Positions 27,401 to 35,934 of a stretch of DNA of 64,000 nucleotides are shown piece by piece. The position numbers were made by a program, and so were the translations under genes. How positions within the stretch are numbered: the stretch's first letter is position 1; each line of letters opens with the position of its first letter. The stretch comes from a bacterium (GTDB lineage: Bacteria > UBA8248): positions 3,840,001 through 3,904,000 of the forward strand of contig OZ241875.1 in assembly GCA_965203325.1 (NCBI GenBank), given 5' to 3'. The notes below the pieces were generated by a model, which worked only from the letters and a program-made list of their open reading frames with translations, ran no database searches and was not told where the DNA came from.

Positions 27401-29399
27401 AGGTCAGCGTCGCCGGGCTCACCGTGGCGGCGTTCGCGTCGCCGGACGCCCCCTGCAGGACCGATTTCACCAGGTTGACGGTCACGTTTGCCGAGGGCGC
27501 CCTGGACAGCTTGACCCCGAAGGTCGCGGAGCCGCCCTCCGGGACGATCAGATCGTTCCGTCCCGTTTCGGAGCTGGGCACGAAGCTGGTGCTCTCGAAC
27601 TCCACGCCGGTCCACGGCGTGGCGGTCAGGCGGACCTGGACCCGCTGGCCGGCGGACCAGGTGAGACCTGTATTGGTCCACTCCGTTGCTAGATTAGTGA
27701 GGTAGTTCCCCTTCGCGAGAGGAAACGACTTCCCGTCGACATACAGCGTCAGCCTTCGCCAATGCCCGGTGGCCTGTCTTATCGCTGTGCCATATTCCAG
27801 ACTCAGTTCCACGTTTGCGTCATCAGTATCAATGTAGAGCCGTTCGAGCGTATTCGCAGTTCCCTCATGCGTAAAGCTGTTGGTCGTCAGCGCAGCACTG
27901 CAGTTGGGCACAGGAGCGTACGTGTTATCGCAACCGAAGAAACGCCCGGTTCCGCCCACCGTCAGCGTGGCGGTCAGGAGTGTCTGCTCGCCGAACGACC
28001 CAAGCCTCGACGGCCCGACGGGGTGCGGCCCCGTCGGTTCGGCCGTTGTCTCCGGCTCGGGCTTCGTGCCCAATGTCGTGGCCCGTGCCACGGCCGACCA
28101 CTGGCCGGCGACGCCGCTGGTCATCACGCGCAGCCGCACGTCGTACGAGGTGCCGCGCTTCAGGCCCTTCGGCTTGTCACGCAGATACGGGCCCCTTATG
28201 ACCGCGCTTTTCTTCCTGATGTCCAGCACGTAGCTGTGCGGCGCGAGTCTATGCTCGTAATCTATCCAGCCCCGCGCCGGGTCGGCCCCGGTCAGCCGGT
28301 CCTCCTGGTCGGGGGCGTCCGATTCCTTGTACTGCAGCTCGTAGCTGTTGCCGGGCGTCGACCACGATGCCGTCAGACGTTGATCGCCCGGCACCAGCGT
28401 CGGTGCCGGCGGCGAGGTGCCCGGCTCCAACCTGGTTATGGTCACGGTGTAGTCCATCATCGATATCAAGTCATCGGCGACCACCCGCACCGGGATGACG
28501 TTGGCCCCCACGCTGAGCGCGATGGCCGGGCTCGCCGAGCCGCTAGCCACACCGTCCGTCGACACCAGGGCCGTCGGCGCCTCGCCTGCTATGCCCACCA
28601 ATATATGCGCGAAATCACCTTTATCCTTCTGGGTTGGCGTGAGCTTCACATGGGTGATCGTGTTGGCCACCGTGGCCATGTAGCTGGTCGTGGCCGCCAA
28701 GAAGCGCGGCGTCAGCGTCAGAGCCGTAAACGTGCCCGAGGCGCTCGTGGAGCTGCTGGCCGTCAGCCCGGTCAGATCCGCGTCCGTGGACCGAGCTGCC
28801 GGCGCCTTGTTGGTCACCGTGACCCACGAGCTAGCCCGGACGTCGCTTTGGCCGGGTCCTTTGGAAAATGCCTGTATGCGGAGGTCGTAGGAGGTCCCGT
28901 TGGTAACCGTATGGCTTGAGCCGCCGGCGTCAGACTGCAGCCCAGTGAACGTTAACTGAGTGTCGCTGTGGACGGGCTCCCGAATTGTACCACTGTCCTG
29001 TACTGGTGCCCAAGCGGTTGCTTGGGCAGTGCTAAGCTTCCACTCGACTCGATAGCCAAACGCTGACCAAGTGCCCCAGGAACTGGGGGCCTGCCAATTC
29101 AGGATGAGCTGTCCGTCGTCGGCGGTGACGCTGACGTTTCGCGGCACCGAGGGCGAGGTCACCTGTGCGGCGGCGGGGTCGGCGGCGAACGGCGAGAGCG
29201 CGCCGAGCAGCAGAGCGAAGACGGGAAGAAGGGAGAGGAGGCGGGCGCGGGCGCGCCCGGTGCGGGCGTCAAGCCTGCGCGGGCCTGCCGATGTCGAGGG
29301 AGCCGGCGTGCGCGCCCCGGCCGGGCGCACTTCACGCCGCCGGGCCGCGACGCAGAGCGCCGCCGCGAGTAGCATCGGAATTCGTGCAATGTTCTTCAT
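24465..29399 (-). CDS. Autotransporter-type adhesin with FN3, cadherin-like beta-sandwich and Calx-beta repeats
   Basis: Extended signal peptide; FN3 (LNWQAP..YRVEWK, YDVRLR); Calx-beta (VDYATEDGTATAGADY..LTFAAGET..VLDD); C-terminal beta-barrel ending in W. Confidence 0.85.
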   Translation of the reverse strand: MKNIARIPMLLAAALCVAARRREVRPAGARTPAPSTSAGPRRLDARTGRARARLLSLLPVFALLLGALSPFAADPAAAQVTSPSVPRNVSVTADDGQLILNWQAPSSWGTWSAFGYRVEWKLSTAQATAWAPVQDSGTIREPVHSDTQLTFTGLQSDAGGSSHTVTNGTSYDLRIQAFSKGPGQSDVRASSWVTVTNKAPAARSTDADLTGLTASSSTSASGTFTALTLTPRFLAATTSYMATVANTITHVKLTPTQKDKGDFAHILVGIAGEAPTALVSTDGVASGSASPAIALSVGANVIPVRVVADDLISMMDYTVTITRLEPGTSPPAPTLVPGDQRLTASWSTPGNSYELQYKESDAPDQEDRLTGADPARGWIDYEHRLAPHSYVLDIRKKSAVIRGPYLRDKPKGLKRGTSYDVRLRVMTSGVAGQWSAVARATTLGTKPEPETTAEPTGPHPVGPSRLGSFGEQTLLTATLTVGGTGRFFGCDNTYAPVPNCSAALTTNSFTHEGTANTLERLYIDTDDANVELSLEYGTAIRQATGHWRRLTLYVDGKSFPLAKGNYLTNLATEWTNTGLTWSAGQRVQVRLTATPWTGVEFESTSFVPSSETGRNDLIVPEGGSATFGVKLSRAPSANVTVNLVKSVLQGASGDANAATVSPATLTFTSTNWSQAQTVTVTGVQDSDGDHEHLMILALVSSTDTDYGSADGTEGVFVTVSDDGGAVQVGAWPAAGREDDNNFLSGHDITFWLSRSSTSPVSVYYTSEEGTATLDADYSMAPSTVTFAPGETRKQVQFYVLDDDVEDSGETFYVVLSNPSGATIAPGYGRAVVEILNDEAHLDGLSVEGAPGAGGPWAKLDLGAFAAETTAYAVTVPHGTTHARLVPATADEDLTLRAGSGTALTRVRSGGSGPAVALAVGANVLVVKTTAGTGVEKTYEVTVTRQAAQQQQAQQQQQQRTEPLTAAFENVPSEHDGTAFTFDLTLSEAPGAGNLPVAASFKVAPGKASVSGSGTRYTVTVTPKKANAWKDVTITLLQPADCAVSGAICTADGRALSNSASATIGGPVRIRIEGARAKEGKDESLDFAVTLNRAAAHDVSVDYATEDGTATAGADYTATSGTLTFAAGETAKTVSVPVLDDAIDEGKETMRLLLSNPRGAYLRNVHSKAKGVIRNEDPLQAMWLARFGRAAAGHVAEAIDGRLSGGAAAGVVLGGHSLTGKAEREAIESRLAEALLKEREVRLGRGGEAQAPSVREVAMSDLLLASSFHMASAGGGDAGSRWSLWGRGARSSFEGAEGDLSLEGDVTTATVGFDYERARWLVGVALSRSSGDGSYKAGGACDTGCAGEVESALTGVYPYARYRVSGTFSLWGAVGHGQGEMTLTPGGSSPVEADVAMGMAAAGARGVVLPAREAGGFELALRADVLVTNTRSDAAAGLAETEAETSRVRLVLEGSRSLRFGDAVLTPSLEIGFRNDSGDAETGGGVEAGGSVRWASGALTTELRARSLLSHGESGYEEWGVSASVAYAPGSGGRGLTLRAGSSWGASTGGAERLWSQAAGLSPGGAFEPGAAGFEAEAAWGLDAPRGLLTPYTGVAVTGSGETWRAGARWKPGAATEVSLEASLTEQAGGGRPEGGLLLKGSKRW

Positions 29400-29508
29400 T
29401 TGAAATGCCCCCTGTTCCGAGATTTCGGGTTCAAGCTGACGCAGCCGGTCGTGAATCTTTCCGCGAGAGGCGGATTCCTGCGGTATGCGCCACCTCGAAC
29501 CCCGGCTG

Positions 29509-29720
29509 GTGTCCGCTAATTGACGTTATCGGACAACGTAACACCTCTCACGGCCATGTCAAGCCCGATTCCAGGGTCCCCGGAGGGGTTTCGGGCGCCG
29601 TTTTGCGCCTTTTTTCGCTTATATTTCGCTCATTTGCGGCCCGAATGCGCCCCGAAACGGGTTTTTCAGCGGAAAACGGGGCTTCTGGGGGCCAATAACG
29701 TCAATTATCGGACCCCAGAA
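29509..29720. other. Pair of inverted tyrosine-recombinase core sites
   Basis: gtccgctaa-TTGACG-ttatcggac (29511-29534) and ggccaataa-CGTCAA-ttatcggac (29690-29713); the spacers are reverse complements. Confidence 0.75.
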
Positions 29721-29826
29721 ACCCGCCGTTTCGCCGGTATTCGCCTGCGAAACGGCTTTTTTTGTGGAAATTCCCCGTCGTCGTCCATACTCGGCAATCA
29801 AGGAGGCGCTCGGGCGGCCCCAAGGA

Positions 29827-29990
29827 ATGGAAACGGCCGCCGATCTGGCGAAGGCGTCGATGTCTGAGAACACGCGACGGGCGTACGGGACGGCGCTCAG
29901 GGTATTCGAGCGCTCGGGAAACCCCGAGACCGACGCCGGGATAGCGGCGTACCTGGGGGATCTCTACGAGGGGGGCACTCAGCGGCTGTG
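29827..29990 (+). pseudogene. Cre/TnpS-like tyrosine recombinase N-terminal remnant
   Basis: ASMSENTRRAYGTALRVF..IAAYLGDL; no catalytic R-H-R-Y region follows. Confidence 0.65.
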
Positions 29991-30110
29991 GCCGCGATGG
30001 CGAGGCTGCGCTACGGGCGGTGAGGTCCGCCCGGCGTTTCGTCGTGAGCATGTCCTTCGCTGCGGGCAGGTCCGCCGCGTGCAGGACGCCGGTTTCTCCC
30101 GAATATCTCT

Positions 30111-30830
30111 CTACCGCCTCTTCTTTCTCCGGGCGGCTCTCTCCTCGGACGTGGAGGTCCACCTCCGGGCGGAGGCCCACTTCTCGAGGTCTTCGAGCAG
30201 GTAGCGCACCCGGGCGCCTAACTTGTGGAAGTCCGGCCCCTCTCCGCTCACGCGGTAGCGCTCCAGCGTCTTGGGCGAGAGGCCGAGCCAGGCGGCCGCC
30301 TCCCGCGTGTCCAGGCGGTTCTCCTCCGCAAGTTCATCGACGTCTCCCGCGGCCCTAGGTTCCCCGGCGGCGTCCCACGTCCCGTCGAACGGGTCGGGCA
30401 AGTCCGCGAGCCTCTCGCGTATGGCGCGGATCTCCTCTCCCGTCGCGTTGGCCGCCATCCAGGCGCGCACCCGGTCGAAGGTCTTGAGATACGGTGAGGC
30501 GCCCCGGCGCAGCCTTCCCACGAAAGAGGGGTTCCCCACGGTCTCCTCGCCCAGGATCGAGACCTTGGTCCCGCTCACCGCGAGAAACGCCTCGACCTCG
30601 GCCCGCAGGAGCGGTCCCAGCGGCGGGTACCCCATGAACGCCAGCACCCGGTCCGCCGTGTCGACCCGCAGGGGCCGCCCCCGGGCCTGCAGTCCCACGA
30701 AGCCGGGAATGCCCAGCGCGCCCACCCCGAAGCGCCTCGCGCTCATCCCGCGGCGCGCGCGCCAGAGCGCAATGCTCCGGCGCAGCCGCTCGTCCAGCGG
30801 GGCGCCGGTATCGTCGTCGAACGCGGTCAT
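30111..30830 (-). CDS. DNA-binding protein with two Cro-like repeats and a C-terminal excisionase-like HTH_17 domain
   Basis: Repeated G.P.FV..L..G..P...T.DRV.A.M units; LDTREAAAWLGLSPKTLERYRVSGEGPDFHKLGARVRY. Confidence 0.75.
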   Translation of the reverse strand: MTAFDDDTGAPLDERLRRSIALWRARRGMSARRFGVGALGIPGFVGLQARGRPLRVDTADRVLAFMGYPPLGPLLRAEVEAFLAVSGTKVSILGEETVGNPSFVGRLRRGASPYLKTFDRVRAWMAANATGEEIRAIRERLADLPDPFDGTWDAAGEPRAAGDVDELAEENRLDTREAAAWLGLSPKTLERYRVSGEGPDFHKLGARVRYLLEDLEKWASARRWTSTSEERAARRKKRR

Positions 30831-31376
30831 GGCGCGCGAACATAAGGAAAGGACGAGCGCCCGTTCAATCGTTGTTTCTAGCGCGGAAGGTACACCCGTG
30901 AAGAGTCCGCGACCGCGTCCGTGCGCGGATCGCTCATCGGTTCAGCCTGAAATCAAGGGGGTTTTCCGGAAAACGAGGGTCGCCGGAGAACGCGCAGCGA
31001 GGCGCTGCGGAAAAAAAGGAAGGACGCCGCCCCCTGGGCGAGAGCTCGAAAGCCTCTTTCGTTCACGCCGCGGCGCCCGGCGAATTGCATCTCGACCGGA
31101 GAAGCCCCTTCCGCGGCAAGGCGCTGCGCGCTGCCCGTGCGCAGGTCGAAACGGCGCCGATTCCCTTGTTTCATTCGTTTTTATCGCATCGTATGCTGAT
31201 GTTCCGGGTCGTCCGCCAAATACAATACGGCCAAGCCGAAATAGGCGGACATTCCTTCGTGGATTGTATGCCAACGGCCCGGATTCTGGAGGACATATAA
31301 AATATTCGGCCGGGCAGGCGGGGCGCAGCAATGCCTCCGCCTACCCGGCCTGCCACCCCAGTAATCATTCTCTCAT

Positions 31377-31690
31377 GGGGTGATGAGCATCAAAAATTCG
31401 CCGACCCGAATCGGATACGCCGTGCCATACCAACAACTGCCTCTGAGCCTTGTGGTATTATCACCCTGCCAACGAACGATTTACCGGTCTTCGACGACTC
31501 GCGCCCCTTGGAATGCTCCGGGGTTGTAATGAGTCCGCTTGCGTTTTGATTACATTTATTTCAAGGAATTTATAACTGGTTTGAAAACAATGATTTAATT
31601 TTCATATTCTGGATAATACGATAAATTCACGGGGTTTTTCGATAAATTCCTGAAAAATAATGTACAGATAAATGATTGTAATCAAAAGGG
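31377..31690 (+). repeat. Module-boundary element, copy D, at the island/core junction
   Basis: Segment shared with 18955-19063; ccgcttgcgttttgattac; 11-bp inverted repeat ttttgattaca (31544-31554) and tgtaatcaaaa (31677-31687) around AT-rich DNA. Confidence 0.7.
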
Positions 31691-31936
31691 TTATCAATTA
31701 AATCTGAGCGTCTCGCACTAAGATTCAGGGGCAAAAAAAGTTTTTCCGCCGCCCCCGCATTTCCCCGCAATTGCCCGCATTCGCCCCCGGCGCCGGCTCT
31801 GAACGCAGACAAGCGGGAATCGTTCCGCCCGGCCGCGCAAACAGAGTCGGAATTTGTTACAATGAACTTTTGACGACAATGGAAAAATACAGATATATAA
31901 CTGAAAAAGAAGAGTTTTCAGCTTGGAGGACAAAGC

Positions 31937-33832
31937 ATGGGTTATGCAGAGGTTCACGGCCGCTCCCTCTCGGAGGCGGAGGCCTTTTGGGCGGAAGCGG
32001 CGGAGGATATCCACTGGTACAAGAAGTGGGACAAGGTGCTCGACGACTCGAACCCGCCCTTTTACCGCTGGTTCACAGGAGGCGAGGTCAACACCTGCTA
32101 CAACACGGTCGACAGGCACGTCGAGGAGGGGCGCGGAGATCAACTCGCGCTGATATACGACACGCCCATCACGGGCGAACCCACCCAGAAGATTACTTTT
32201 GGGGAATTGCAGCACAAGGTGGCGCATTTCGCGGGCGCTCTCAAGGCCCAGGGGGTGGAAAAGGGCGATCGCGTCATCATCTACATGCCGATGGTGCCCG
32301 AAGCCGTCATCGCCATGCTGGCCTGCGCTCGCATCGGCGCGGTGCACTCGGTCGTTTTCGGCGGCTTCGCGCCCAATGAGTTGGCCACGAGAATCGAGGA
32401 CGCGAAACCAAAACTCATGGTATCCGCCTCGTGCGGGGTCGAGCCCTCGGGCGTCATCGCCTACAAGCCCCTGCTCGATGAGGCGATAAACCTGTCCAGC
32501 ACGAAGCCTGAAAAGTGCATCATTCTGCAGCGCTCCCAGGTCGAGGCGGAACTCATCGAGGGCCGCGATATCGAGTGGAGCGATTCACTCGAAGGCGCGG
32601 CCCCTGCGGACTGCGTTCCCCTCGCCGCTACGGACCCGCTGTATATCCTCTATACCTCGGGCACGACGGGCGAACCCAAAGGCGTGGTGCGGGACAACGG
32701 CGGCCATCTGGTGGCGCTCAAGTGGTCGATGCGAAACGTGTACGACGTGTCGCCGGGCGAGGTGTACTGGGCGGCGTCCGACGTCGGCTGGGTGGTGGGG
32801 CACTCCTATATCGTCTATGCGCCGCTGGTTCACGGCTGCACGACCATCCTCTTCGAGGGCAAGCCCGTTGGCACGCCCGATGCGGGCGTTTTCTGGCGCA
32901 TCATCTCCGAGCACGGGGTGGAGGTCTTCTTCACCGCGCCCACGGCGTTCCGCGCGATCAAGCGAGACGATCCCGATGCCGAACTCATGAAAAATTACGA
33001 CCTCAGCCGTTTCCGCATTCTTTTCCTGGCCGGGGAGCGCTCCGACCCGGACACGATCCAGTGGGCGGAAGAGCACCTGAAGGTTCCCGTCATCGACCAC
33101 TACTGGCAGACGGAGACCGGATGGCCGATGCTGGCGAATCCCATGGGCATCGAGCACATGCCCGTCAAATACGGCTCTCCCTCGAGGCCGGTACCCGGCT
33201 ACGATTTCAAGGTTCTCGACAGCGAGTGCCGCGAACTGGGTGCGGGCGAGATGGGCGCGTTGTGCGTCAAGCTGCCCCTGCCGCCCGGTTGTCTGCCCAC
33301 GCTGTGGAACGCGGACGATCGCTACGTCGACTCCTATCTGAGCGAGTATCCGGGCTTCTACAAGACGGGTGACGCGGGATACATGGACGAGGAAGGCTAT
33401 GTCTACGTGATGTCGAGGACGGACGACATCATCAACGTGGCGGGCCACAGGCTCTCCACGGGCGGGATGGAAGAGGTTTTATCGGCCCATCCCGACGTGG
33501 CCGAGTGCGCGGTCATCGGCGTGAAGGACCAGCTCAAGGGCCAACTCCCACTCGGTTTCCTGGTGCTCAAGGCGGGCGTCGAGAAGGAAAACGAGGAAAT
33601 CGTCGGCGAAGTGGTGCAGCTCGTTCGCCAGCAGATCGGCGCGGTCGCCTCCTTCCGCCAGGCGACGGTGGTGAAGCGCCTGCCCAAGACGCGCTCGGGC
33701 AAGATTCTGCGGGGCACGATGGCGTGCATCGCCGATGGCGAGGAATACAAAATGCCGGCCACCATCGACGATCCGGCCATCCTGCCCGAGATCACTGAAG
33801 CGCTCGCCGGGCTGGGTTATCCTCCCGCCTAG
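31937..33832 (+). CDS. prpE: Propionyl-CoA synthetase (acetate/propionate-CoA ligase)
   Basis: YTSGTTGEPKG, DHYWQTETG, LPKTRSGK. Confidence 0.9.
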   Translation: MGYAEVHGRSLSEAEAFWAEAAEDIHWYKKWDKVLDDSNPPFYRWFTGGEVNTCYNTVDRHVEEGRGDQLALIYDTPITGEPTQKITFGELQHKVAHFAGALKAQGVEKGDRVIIYMPMVPEAVIAMLACARIGAVHSVVFGGFAPNELATRIEDAKPKLMVSASCGVEPSGVIAYKPLLDEAINLSSTKPEKCIILQRSQVEAELIEGRDIEWSDSLEGAAPADCVPLAATDPLYILYTSGTTGEPKGVVRDNGGHLVALKWSMRNVYDVSPGEVYWAASDVGWVVGHSYIVYAPLVHGCTTILFEGKPVGTPDAGVFWRIISEHGVEVFFTAPTAFRAIKRDDPDAELMKNYDLSRFRILFLAGERSDPDTIQWAEEHLKVPVIDHYWQTETGWPMLANPMGIEHMPVKYGSPSRPVPGYDFKVLDSECRELGAGEMGALCVKLPLPPGCLPTLWNADDRYVDSYLSEYPGFYKTGDAGYMDEEGYVYVMSRTDDIINVAGHRLSTGGMEEVLSAHPDVAECAVIGVKDQLKGQLPLGFLVLKAGVEKENEEIVGEVVQLVRQQIGAVASFRQATVVKRLPKTRSGKILRGTMACIADGEEYKMPATIDDPAILPEITEALAGLGYPPA

Positions 33833-34057
33833 ACGAAGAGGGGAAATTTTTCCCGCCGGCCGTTCGGAGAGCCGCTTCGCTCATTGGCCTCTGTGCGGAT
33901 GCGTCTTCCCGCGCCCTCGCGTGATACCTGCCGGAACGAGCCGTGGACGATTCTCCGGTTTTTGCGATCTGGATGAGTAGGGTGCGGGCTTGACGCCCGC
34001 TTCGGCGGCTTCATTATCCGGCAGCGCCGGACGGATTGTTCTTTTCAAGGGGTCGTT

Positions 34058-34954
34058 TTGCTCAAATCCTTGGACCCGAACCTGCTTTCGTTCATCGCGG
34101 CGTTTTTCGTCGCCATCTCCCAGGTATTCTATCGAAAAGCGTTGATCCATATCGGACCGGGGATTGCGGCCATCGCGATGAACGTCCTCTCCGCGATGCT
34201 GGCGGGCGTGCTCTACCTCGCATGGGACGAGAGCGTTTCATGGCACTTAAAGGGCGTCATGTGGTACATGCTCATCGGCCTGTTCGGGAGTTCGGTCGGT
34301 CGGTACATGATTTTCGCCTCGATGCGCCTGATCGGTCTGGCGCGGACGCAGATTATGGTGCAGTCGGTCCTGGTGTGGTCGGCGCTCATGGGGGTGTTCA
34401 TACTGGGGGAGCGGTTCTCGGCGGGCGTGGCCGCCGGTACGCTGGCCATCATGATCGGGGCCATTCTTCTCGTCTATAAGAGAGAGTCCGCCCCAAAAGA
34501 GTCTGTCGAGAAGGATGTTTCACTCCTTTACTTTCTCGTTCCGGTCATCGCTTCTTTCCTGTTTTCCCTGACGTTCGTTTTCAGAAAATACGCCATCCTC
34601 GTCATGCCTTCGGAATCCCTGGGAATCGCGATTTCCACATCCACGGCGGCATTCCTGCTCATTCTCGCCATGCCGTTCACGAAAGAAGAGGAGGGGACGA
34701 AGAACTGGAGTTCCAGAGGACTGGTGACGATAGCCTGCGGGGTCGTCGCGAATATAATAGCCGCCCTCTGCTTCTGGACGGCGTTCCGGGAGGGGGAGGT
34801 GGTGCAGGTGATACCCATCAACCGCCTCTCCGTCTTGTGGGTCATCGTCTTCTCCTGGTTTTTTCTCAAAAAACAGGAGAGCGTCACGCTGCGTATCGTG
34901 ATAGGCGGCGTCTTGTCCGTAGTCGGAGCGTTCGCGATCGCGTGGGGGAAATAA
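34058..34954 (+). CDS. DMT/EamA family transporter
   Basis: About ten hydrophobic segments in two repeats; FILGER, FFLKKQE. Confidence 0.85.
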   Translation: MLKSLDPNLLSFIAAFFVAISQVFYRKALIHIGPGIAAIAMNVLSAMLAGVLYLAWDESVSWHLKGVMWYMLIGLFGSSVGRYMIFASMRLIGLARTQIMVQSVLVWSALMGVFILGERFSAGVAAGTLAIMIGAILLVYKRESAPKESVEKDVSLLYFLVPVIASFLFSLTFVFRKYAILVMPSESLGIAISTSTAAFLLILAMPFTKEEEGTKNWSSRGLVTIACGVVANIIAALCFWTAFREGEVVQVIPINRLSVLWVIVFSWFFLKKQESVTLRIVIGGVLSVVGAFAIAWGK

Positions 34955-34986
34955 AATGGGAATTTCAGAAAGAACGAGCGTTCGGT

Positions 34987-35595
34987 TTATTTCTCCACCC
35001 ATTTCGCCGAGAAAGGCGTCGAACCGCCCAGGACGATGCCGGCGTCCGAATCCGCCCAGTCGGCGTAGAAAAGAAGTGCCGCCTCATAGCTCTTCGAGCG
35101 CGTGTTGCTCGTGCGCGTGTGGGTGATGACCAGATGGGCCAGCTCCAAGGCCTTGGGCAGTCCTTTCTCCCAGATTTTATGTGCCCCGTAGACGGCGTGC
35201 TGTATCTTCTCGCCGAACTCGGTGATTTTGCCGGGCGGCACGCTTGTTCCCGTAGGGGGACCGCCGGGGTCGGGCGCGGATTCGAGCGGTTTCGAGATGT
35301 CGTGCAAGATGCACGAGGCGATGAGCAGGTCGCGGTCGACCTCGACGCCGTGGAGTCTTTCGGCGATATCGGCCATGGCGAGCGCCATCTTCGTGACGCC
35401 CTGAATGTGGCCGATGAGCGTCATGTGTTTTTCTTCTTTGAGGTTTTTGGGAATGTCCTCGAAACGCTCCCAGGCGGTTTCGCGAGCCAAATCGAGCCAG
35501 ATATCGATCACCCCGTCTCGCAAGGCGGGGTCTTGGATTTGCTCCAATTCGGGAAAGAGTGCGCGAATCTCCTCCGCGCTCGTCTGAATCGCCAT
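34987..35595 (-). CDS. HD-domain phosphohydrolase
   Basis: LIGH..ILHDISK..H..YAD. Confidence 0.8.
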   Translation of the reverse strand: MAIQTSAEEIRALFPELEQIQDPALRDGVIDIWLDLARETAWERFEDIPKNLKEEKHMTLIGHIQGVTKMALAMADIAERLHGVEVDRDLLIASCILHDISKPLESAPDPGGPPTGTSVPPGKITEFGEKIQHAVYGAHKIWEKGLPKALELAHLVITHTRTSNTRSKSYEAALLFYADWADSDAGIVLGGSTPFSAKWVEK

Positions 35596-35619
35596 ATTCT
35601 TCGCTCCGCTCGGTCTTTC

Positions 35620-35934
35620 TCAAGCGTCCGGGACTTCGAGGCCGACGAGGGGCCCGAACTGCTGGCCGCCATAGCAGTCGCCGTCTTCCAGGTCGCAGGA
35701 GAACACGGGGCGGGGGATGGATATTTTTATCGCGCGCGCGGCGTCATGGTGGACGAGCAGCACCTTCTCCTCGGCCAGATTGTAGAGGCGGCAGAACACC
35801 TCCTTTGTGAGGACGTTCGATGCCACCACGCGCCGGTAGGTTTCTTCCTCGTCGAACATGACGTCGAACGTGAGGTTGAACGGCCCAGCGTTTTTCGAGC
35901 GGATGAGTTTTGCGAGTTCGCCGAGCGCCGCCAT
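35620..35934 (-). CDS. DUF4387 domain protein
   Basis: LAKLIRSKNAGPFNLTFD..GDCYGGQQ; start at 35934 overlaps the upstream stop. Confidence 0.8.
   Translation of the reverse strand: MAALGELAKLIRSKNAGPFNLTFDVMFDEEETYRRVVASNVLTKEVFCRLYNLAEEKVLLVHHDAARAIKISIPRPVFSCDLEDGDCYGGQQFGPLVGLEVPDA

Noticed and set aside
24870..27692. 940-aa plus-strand ORF
   Set aside because: Antisense shadow of the GC-rich autotransporter
29509..29536. Chromosomal dif site
   Set aside because: The arms are mutually palindromic, lack the XerD TTATGTTAAAT arm, and a second inverted copy lies nearby
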